Source: an uncultured Candidatus Saccharibacteria bacterium (lineage in GTDB: Bacteria; Patescibacteriota; Minisyncoccia; Phycocordibacterales; CAIRYW01). From it: DNA of 64,000 bases. The stretch is from NCBI GenBank assembly GCA_964487135.1, contig CAZAOU010000002.1, positions 934 through 64,933 on the forward strand, read 5' to 3'. Every line of letters starts with the position of its first letter. Position 1 is the first letter of the stretch. The notes beneath the pieces were generated by a model, which made no database searches, had not been told where the DNA came from, and saw only the letters and a list, made by a program, of their open reading frames with translations. The translations under genes were made by a program, and so were the position numbers. Shown one piece after another: positions 58,619 through 64,000 of this stretch.

Positions 58619-58656
58619 AACAAAAGCCGGGCACCCTAGGGCGCCCGGCTTTTGTT
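58619..58656 (-). terminator. Terminator of the DUF5679 gene, near-perfect palindrome
   Basis: AACAAAAGCCGGGCACCCT|AGGGCGCCCGGCTTTTGTT. Confidence 0.8.
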
Positions 58657-58662
58657 ATTAAA

Positions 58663-58815
58663 TTATTTTGCCTTCCCAAGAATGCAGTACATTCCTGTTC
58701 CGCAATCAGGACACTTTCCTTTCATTGCTTTTCTTCCGTTCTTCATTTCAACCTCCTTCGCCTCAGCCATTTCCTTTTTTGCTTTGCACTTAACGCAATA
58801 TGCTGTTGTTGCCAT
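58663..58815 (-). CDS. Small zinc-ribbon protein (DUF5679-like), 50 aa
   Basis: MATTAYCVKCKAKKEM…KNGRKAMKGKCPDCGTGMYCILGKAK; below ORF-track cutoff. Confidence 0.85.
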   Translation of the reverse strand: MATTAYCVKCKAKKEMAEAKEVEMKNGRKAMKGKCPDCGTGMYCILGKAK

Positions 58816-58933
58816 ATGTTTTAGTTAACTAATAGTCTTACTGTGTATTCTACCATAAAAAGGAAGTCATGCCAACTCCTAGTGTTGAAAATACCTTAGA
58901 ATCCTTTATTTGACATGGTATTATAGAATCCTT

Positions 58934-59815
58934 ATGGTAAAAATTTCAGAGATCTTTAACTATAAAAATCGTCTCACTATGATGCTTTTTTTTCTTATAA
59001 TCGGCATTGCATACGGTCATGTACAAAAACAAAATCTTGAAAAAGATTTAATGAAAGCATCTGACGAGATATCAAAGCAAAGCGAAGAACATCTTGGAGC
59101 AGAACTACGATTTATGAACCAGCAGAGAGAGTTACAAGGAAAATTATCTGAGGAAAAAAACCGTAACGATTCTTTTGAAGACCAAATAGGCCAAATATCA
59201 TCAACCGTTGGAACTCTTACCAAATTAAAAGAAACAGATAAAGAACTACTTCAAAAATATTCGAAAGTTTATTTTTTAAATGAACACTACATCCCTAAAG
59301 AATTATCAACAATACCCTCTCAATACACTCTATACCCCAATAATGAATACAAAATTCATTCAAAGGTTTTACCTTTTCTAACAAGACTGTTAGATGATGC
59401 AAAAAAAGAAGGAATAACAATAGAAATAAATTCAGCATATAGATCTTTTTATGAGCAAGCATCAATAAAATCAAGCAACAGGGTGGTTTATGGCTCAGGA
59501 TCTAACAAATTTTCTGCAGATCAAGGATATTCTGAACACCAACTAGGAACAACGGTGGATTTTTCTTTTAATAAAAAAAGTGGAGTGGGTTCTGGTTTTG
59601 AAAAATCACTGGCATACAAATGGCTAACTGATAATGCTTACAAATATGGTTTTGTATTATCATATCCGGAAAAAAATCAGTATTATGTTTTTGAACCTTG
59701 GCACTGGAGATTTGTTGGATCAAGACTTGCCGAAAGAATACATGAAGACAAAAAATATTTTTACGATCTTGATCAAAGAAATATTGATGAATATTTGGTA
59801 AATATTTTTGATTGA
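58934..59815 (+). CDS. M15B D-Ala-D-Ala carboxypeptidase (VanY-like)
   Basis: SAYRS, SEHQLGTTVD, EPWHWRFVG; N-terminal TM and coiled coil. Confidence 0.92.
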   Translation: MVKISEIFNYKNRLTMMLFFLIIGIAYGHVQKQNLEKDLMKASDEISKQSEEHLGAELRFMNQQRELQGKLSEEKNRNDSFEDQIGQISSTVGTLTKLKETDKELLQKYSKVYFLNEHYIPKELSTIPSQYTLYPNNEYKIHSKVLPFLTRLLDDAKKEGITIEINSAYRSFYEQASIKSSNRVVYGSGSNKFSADQGYSEHQLGTTVDFSFNKKSGVGSGFEKSLAYKWLTDNAYKYGFVLSYPEKNQYYVFEPWHWRFVGSRLAERIHEDKKYFYDLDQRNIDEYLVNIFD

Positions 59816-59816
59816 G

Positions 59817-60461
59817 ATGAAAATAAAAGAAATTATAAAAAAAATTTCACCAAAAGATTTATCGATTTTAAAGAAACTAAATAGTCCAATAAAAATTCAA
59901 AATTTTTTGGATAAAATGCCTATTAACCATGAAAAAAATGGTGAAACTTACATGTCGGCACTTTCTTCTTTAAAATTTAACAAAGCCCACTGCTTAGAAG
60001 GCGCTCTAATTGCCGCTCTAGCCCTATTTATTCATAAAAAAGAACCACTGATTTTAGATCTAAAGACCAAAAAACCAGATATTGATCACGTGGTTGCTGT
60101 ATATAAAATTAATGGATATTTTGGAGCCATAAGTAAGACAAATCATGCAACCCTTAGATTTAGAGACCCTATATATAAAACAATTCGAGAACTTGCTCTA
60201 TCATATTTTCATGAATATTTTTTAAATAAAAATGGAGAAAAAACTTTAATAAGTTATTCAAAACCATATAATTTAAAAAAATATGGTGAGAAATGGATAT
60301 TTAGTAAAGATAATCTATGGGATTTGCCAGATATATTAGATCAACTTCCCCATCAATCTATAATCCCCAACAAAAATAAAAAATATATTAGAAAGGCTGA
60401 TGCAATGGAAAGACAGGCAGGAGAAATTATTGAATGGAAAATAAATAACCCTAAGACTTAG
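59817..60461 (+). CDS. Conserved hypothetical protein, transglutaminase/papain-like
   Basis: AHCLEGAL, DHVVAVY, GAISKTNH. Confidence 0.65.
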   Translation: MKIKEIIKKISPKDLSILKKLNSPIKIQNFLDKMPINHEKNGETYMSALSSLKFNKAHCLEGALIAALALFIHKKEPLILDLKTKKPDIDHVVAVYKINGYFGAISKTNHATLRFRDPIYKTIRELALSYFHEYFLNKNGEKTLISYSKPYNLKKYGEKWIFSKDNLWDLPDILDQLPHQSIIPNKNKKYIRKADAMERQAGEIIEWKINNPKT

Positions 60462-61683
60462 AAACTTCTTTTTGTATCAAAAAGTGTGCAATAACAAGTG
60501 TGAGTGCTGATAAAATAAGTGGGGCGGTTGCAGAAAAAAATATAGCTGAAACACCAGCAATAAGTGGAGGGAAAATCTCCCCTATAGCTTGCATACTAGC
60601 GTTTATTCCCATCACCTCTCCACGATTTTGACTGTTTGTTTTTGACGACAAAAAACTCATAAAATAAGAGAGGGTGAAACCCACCCAAATAGCGGCAAAA
60701 GGAGGAACAAGATACAAGAAGAAAATAGATTTTGGTAATAAATACAAAAGAACCGATAATGCAGTCATAAGAAAAGAGATAGCCAAAACATTTCCGTCAG
60801 AAAACTTACGAGAAACAGTAGGAATTAGAAAGATCTGAACAATAGCAATCCATAGTCCACTATAAGCAAAAAATATACCTATATTTCTTGGCGAAAAATT
60901 AAATATTTCTTTTAAATAAATAGCAAAAAAAGAAGAGTAAAAGCCGAAACCAACAGTAAAAACAAATGATACTAAAAATAACCTTCTTAAATCAGTATCT
61001 TTAAAAGCTTTAGCGATATGAGAACAAGAAGATAGGATTGAAAATGATTTTTCCGTTTTTAAATTATTAACTGTCTCCGGAAGAAAAAACCAAACGAGAA
61101 TAAATGATACAACCGAAAGAACTGCAGCAAACAAAAAAGGGATTGTGGGAGAAAACCAAGAGACCAAAGAGCTATCAGAAAGAACACCTCCAACAAAAGG
61201 CCCAAAAATAAAACCTAAGCCAAAAGCGGCTCCTATAATTCCAAAATTTTTTGAACTATCTTTAGGAGAAGAAATATCTGAAATAACGGCTTGAGCTGTA
61301 GAAATATTACCCCCTGTTATACCATCAATTAATCGGGCAATAAATAAAATTTCTAAAGACTGCAATAAAATTCCATAAGAAAATAAAAAATATCCAGATG
61401 CAGTACCTATAAGAGAAATTGCTAGAATTTTTTTTCTTCCAAATAAGTCGGACAAATCACCAAGAAATGGTGCCCCGAAAAAACGTCCAAGAGAATATAT
61501 TGCAATTAAAGCACCATAGAATAAATACTCAATTTTTTGATCAAATACATTTCCAAATAACAATAAGGGCTTAGCGGTAGTTTCAAATAATTCTGGGAGT
61601 ATAGGGATAATAATTCCTACACCAAGCAAATCCAAAAATACAACCAAAAAAATTATATTGAGAATCTTTTTGGATTGGGACAT
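60451..61683 (-). CDS. MFS transporter, TetA/DHA1-like
   Basis: GDLSDLFGRKK motif A, ARLIDGITGG, GFIFGPFVGG motif C. Confidence 0.92.
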   Translation of the reverse strand: MSQSKKILNIIFLVVFLDLLGVGIIIPILPELFETTAKPLLLFGNVFDQKIEYLFYGALIAIYSLGRFFGAPFLGDLSDLFGRKKILAISLIGTASGYFLFSYGILLQSLEILFIARLIDGITGGNISTAQAVISDISSPKDSSKNFGIIGAAFGLGFIFGPFVGGVLSDSSLVSWFSPTIPFLFAAVLSVVSFILVWFFLPETVNNLKTEKSFSILSSCSHIAKAFKDTDLRRLFLVSFVFTVGFGFYSSFFAIYLKEIFNFSPRNIGIFFAYSGLWIAIVQIFLIPTVSRKFSDGNVLAISFLMTALSVLLYLLPKSIFFLYLVPPFAAIWVGFTLSYFMSFLSSKTNSQNRGEVMGINASMQAIGEIFPPLIAGVSAIFFSATAPLILSALTLVIAHFLIQKEVSKS

Positions 61684-61696
61684 CGTAAACTAATAA

Positions 61697-63370
61697 TTAT
61701 TGTCCCCAATAACACGCACCACCCTGAGCATTACATGAACTTATCGTACTGAAAGACGAACAATTTATACTTGAAGGACCGCACGAACCGGATTGAGGAA
61801 TATAAGTATAGCTACAACCATATCCACTACTGCTGTACTGTTGACAAGTAGATGAATCTAAACCTGAACAACTTCCGGAAGCATAAACGGGGTGTTCTCC
61901 ATTACAAGCATTTGAAGCACTATCAAACGAACAACCTTGTAAGCTATTACAATAATCCACCTTCTGCTGATAATCTTCATCCTCTGGATTACCGCCGTAA
62001 TAGATATTGCAACTTTGATTGCCTGTATAATAACTATAATCACCTGTGCAAGAATAACCCTCCGCCGTGCCGTTCCAAATACACAGGCCACCAGTTGCAT
62101 TACAATTAGAACTTGAATTTATATACTGGCAACTTGCACTATCATAATTGTGACAACTTCCTCCTCCCGGCTCACAAATATCTCCCACACCATTATTATC
62201 GTAGTCATCCTGCCCTGGATTATAATTTGTCGGACAATTGTCTAAACTATAAGCAATTCCATCGTAGTCAGGATCATAACAAGCATCCCCAGCTCCTCCA
62301 GCTGAACCTTGCGCTGACTGACTAGGGTTATAAACATTTGGACAATTATCACTTGAATTAGGAATTCCATCGGCATCAGAGTCAGCATCAGGATCACACA
62401 CATCTCCTATACCATCATTGTCAGAATCAGCCTGGTTTGCGTTAGAAGTGCTTGGACAATTATCTTGAGAATTAACAATTCCATCACTATCACTATCTAT
62501 ATTATCTTGATCACACACATTTCCTATTCCATCATTGTCAGAATCAGCTTGATTAGCGTTAGAAACTGATGGACAGTTGTCTGTTTCATTAGGTATTCCA
62601 TCGCCATCTGAATCGGCGGCTGTCTCACACACATCTCCTATTCCATCATTATCAGAATCAGCTTGGTTTGCATTAGAAACTGACGGACAGTTGTCTGTTG
62701 AATCTGGCACGCCATCACCATCTGTATCTACTGGATTATTACATGTGTCTGTGGAATCTGTCGGACAAGAATCGCAAGAGTCTCCTCTACCATCATTATC
62801 TGTGTCTGTTTGAAGAGCATTTGAAACAGATGGGCAATTATCTGCATTATCTTTTACTCCATCATCATCTAGATCGTCATCCGTTGTGGTTTGAGTGGTT
62901 GTAGCAAAATATGTTGAATATCTAATTGATACAGTATTTTCAGGACATAAATTTAAACTACCACTTTGAATATACTGACTTGAAGAACAAGAGTTATAAA
63001 CAATTCCCTGCTGTTCACCATTTTCGTCGGTAATAATAGGAAATTCCAAAGACTGTTCCCCAAATGGAGCAAAACTCGAATTTATACGCGTTGTAACAAC
63101 CTGACCATTTACCATACAATCATCGGCAGTAATACAACAATATGAAGAACCCTCATCACAACTTGGATATCCTCCATTGTCTTGATTATATTCTTCAAGA
63201 GCCAATTGAACTTGGTGAGCTTGAACAACTGTTTTTGCGTCATTTGCTTTCTTCTTACTCGTTGCAACAGAAGCTGATACCACACTTGAAAGAAGTGAAA
63301 TTATAGAAATTACCATCATTAACTCTATGAGGGTAAAACCTTTTTTAAAAAACTCTTTTTTAAAATACAT
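61697..63370 (-). CDS. Type IV pilin fused to thrombospondin type 3 repeats and a Cys-rich C-terminal domain
   Basis: KKGFTLIELMMVISII; six DxDxDG…DNCP…N..Q units. Confidence 0.88.
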   Translation of the reverse strand: MYFKKEFFKKGFTLIELMMVISIISLLSSVVSASVATSKKKANDAKTVVQAHQVQLALEEYNQDNGGYPSCDEGSSYCCITADDCMVNGQVVTTRINSSFAPFGEQSLEFPIITDENGEQQGIVYNSCSSSQYIQSGSLNLCPENTVSIRYSTYFATTTQTTTDDDLDDDGVKDNADNCPSVSNALQTDTDNDGRGDSCDSCPTDSTDTCNNPVDTDGDGVPDSTDNCPSVSNANQADSDNDGIGDVCETAADSDGDGIPNETDNCPSVSNANQADSDNDGIGNVCDQDNIDSDSDGIVNSQDNCPSTSNANQADSDNDGIGDVCDPDADSDADGIPNSSDNCPNVYNPSQSAQGSAGGAGDACYDPDYDGIAYSLDNCPTNYNPGQDDYDNNGVGDICEPGGGSCHNYDSASCQYINSSSNCNATGGLCIWNGTAEGYSCTGDYSYYTGNQSCNIYYGGNPEDEDYQQKVDYCNSLQGCSFDSASNACNGEHPVYASGSCSGLDSSTCQQYSSSGYGCSYTYIPQSGSCGPSSINCSSFSTISSCNAQGGACYWGQ

Positions 63371-63391
63371 AATTATTTAAATTATAAAAAA

Positions 63392-63796
63392 TTAATTTAA
63401 AATTTTTGAAACAAGAAAAGATACGAATCCACATAAAACACCTCCCCAAAGCATATCAACGATAGCCACCTTAACTGGCCACAAACTTAAAGTACTCATA
63501 TTGGTCATGTCGTATATTCCATAAGAAATAATACCGAAAATTGCACCGAATACTAATGCTTGAATAGGACTACCTCCCGAACGAGGTATCACAAATAATA
63601 TAATTCCTAGCACCAAAAAAACATAAGCAATAAGACCTGGTAGTATAAGAGGGTTCATGGTGCCATTAGCACCAATTCTAAGTAAAGGTCTTAAGTTTGA
63701 TATATAAAAATTAGAAGCCAATACTTGTAGCCACACATAATCAATTGCCAATATAGCAATCATACTAACTAAGAATTGTTTTATAAAATAAATCAT
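63392..63796 (-). CDS. DUF2177 family membrane protein
   Basis: DYVWL, YGIYDMTN, DMLWGG. Confidence 0.85.
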   Translation of the reverse strand: MIYFIKQFLVSMIAILAIDYVWLQVLASNFYISNLRPLLRIGANGTMNPLILPGLIAYVFLVLGIILFVIPRSGGSPIQALVFGAIFGIISYGIYDMTNMSTLSLWPVKVAIVDMLWGGVLCGFVSFLVSKILN

Positions 63797-63835
63797 AGTA
63801 TATGTGCCATGTACCAATATGATATATTGTACACT

Positions 63836-64000
63836 ATGAAAGAAATAATAAAAGGAAGATTTAAAAGTTTTAAATACGCATTAAACGGTATTAAAACTGT
63901 TTTGAAAGAAGAAAAAAATTTTCAAATTGAAATCGTTTTTGCAGTTTTGGTTATTTTTTTAGGATTATTTCTTAAAGTTACATCAATAGAATTTAGCCTG
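63836..64000 (+). CDS. Diacylglycerol/undecaprenol kinase family (DgkA-like), 5' partial
   Basis: SFKYALNGIKTVLKEEKNFQIE; runs off window end. Confidence 0.8.
   Translation, partial: MKEIIKGRFKSFKYALNGIKTVLKEEKNFQIEIVFAVLVIFLGLFLKVTSIEFSL

Noticed and set aside
58934-61683. Antibiotic-resistance locus (VanY-like plus TetA-like)
   Set aside because: No vanHAX/vanRS or tetR; both families have common housekeeping members.
313-62904. Many short antisense or out-of-frame ORFs in the track (e.g. 313..546, 10012..10359, 20313..20687, 23480..23773, 43065..43442, 50961..51338)
   Set aside because: They are shadows of well-supported genes and carry no motifs.
1-64000. CRISPR array or cas genes
   Set aside because: No 23-47 bp repeats with unique spacers; the repeats at about 62200-62880 are coding TSP3 units.

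Overview
AT-rich bacterial chromosome segment read with the standard code 11. It is most likely Patescibacteria/CPR (Parcubacteria-like), inferred from the streamlined housekeeping content, short ProRS and archaeal-type AspRS, degenerate PriA/HolB/MreD, type IV pilins and mostly leaderless-looking starts. The backbone carries aminoacyl-tRNA synthetases (trpS, aspS, gltX, cysS, lysS, proS), a split dcw cluster, two mreB paralogs with mreC and PBP2, scpAB, dnaB, recR, priA, rmuC, greA, frr, def/fmt, three ribosomal proteins, tRNA-Glu(CTC) and tRNA-Asn(GTT). The best leads are: (1) a PRMT/COG4076-like methyltransferase coupled to an orphan 7TM histidine kinase and a stand-alone multi-TM protein; (2) a structured leader with a 3-codon uORF and a probable AUU start before a lytic transglycosylase; (3) about 12 dispersed, GC-richer single-gene cassettes, plus strong promoters with no gene; (4) a strand-asymmetric folded element between scpA and scpB; (5) a collapsed recombinase island at tRNA-Asn; (6) loopless palindromes and TATCCAC heptamer arrays; (7) a pilin fused to TSP3 repeats. 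No CRISPR array, rRNA or intact transposase was seen. All family assignments come from motif recognition by eye; no database search was run.
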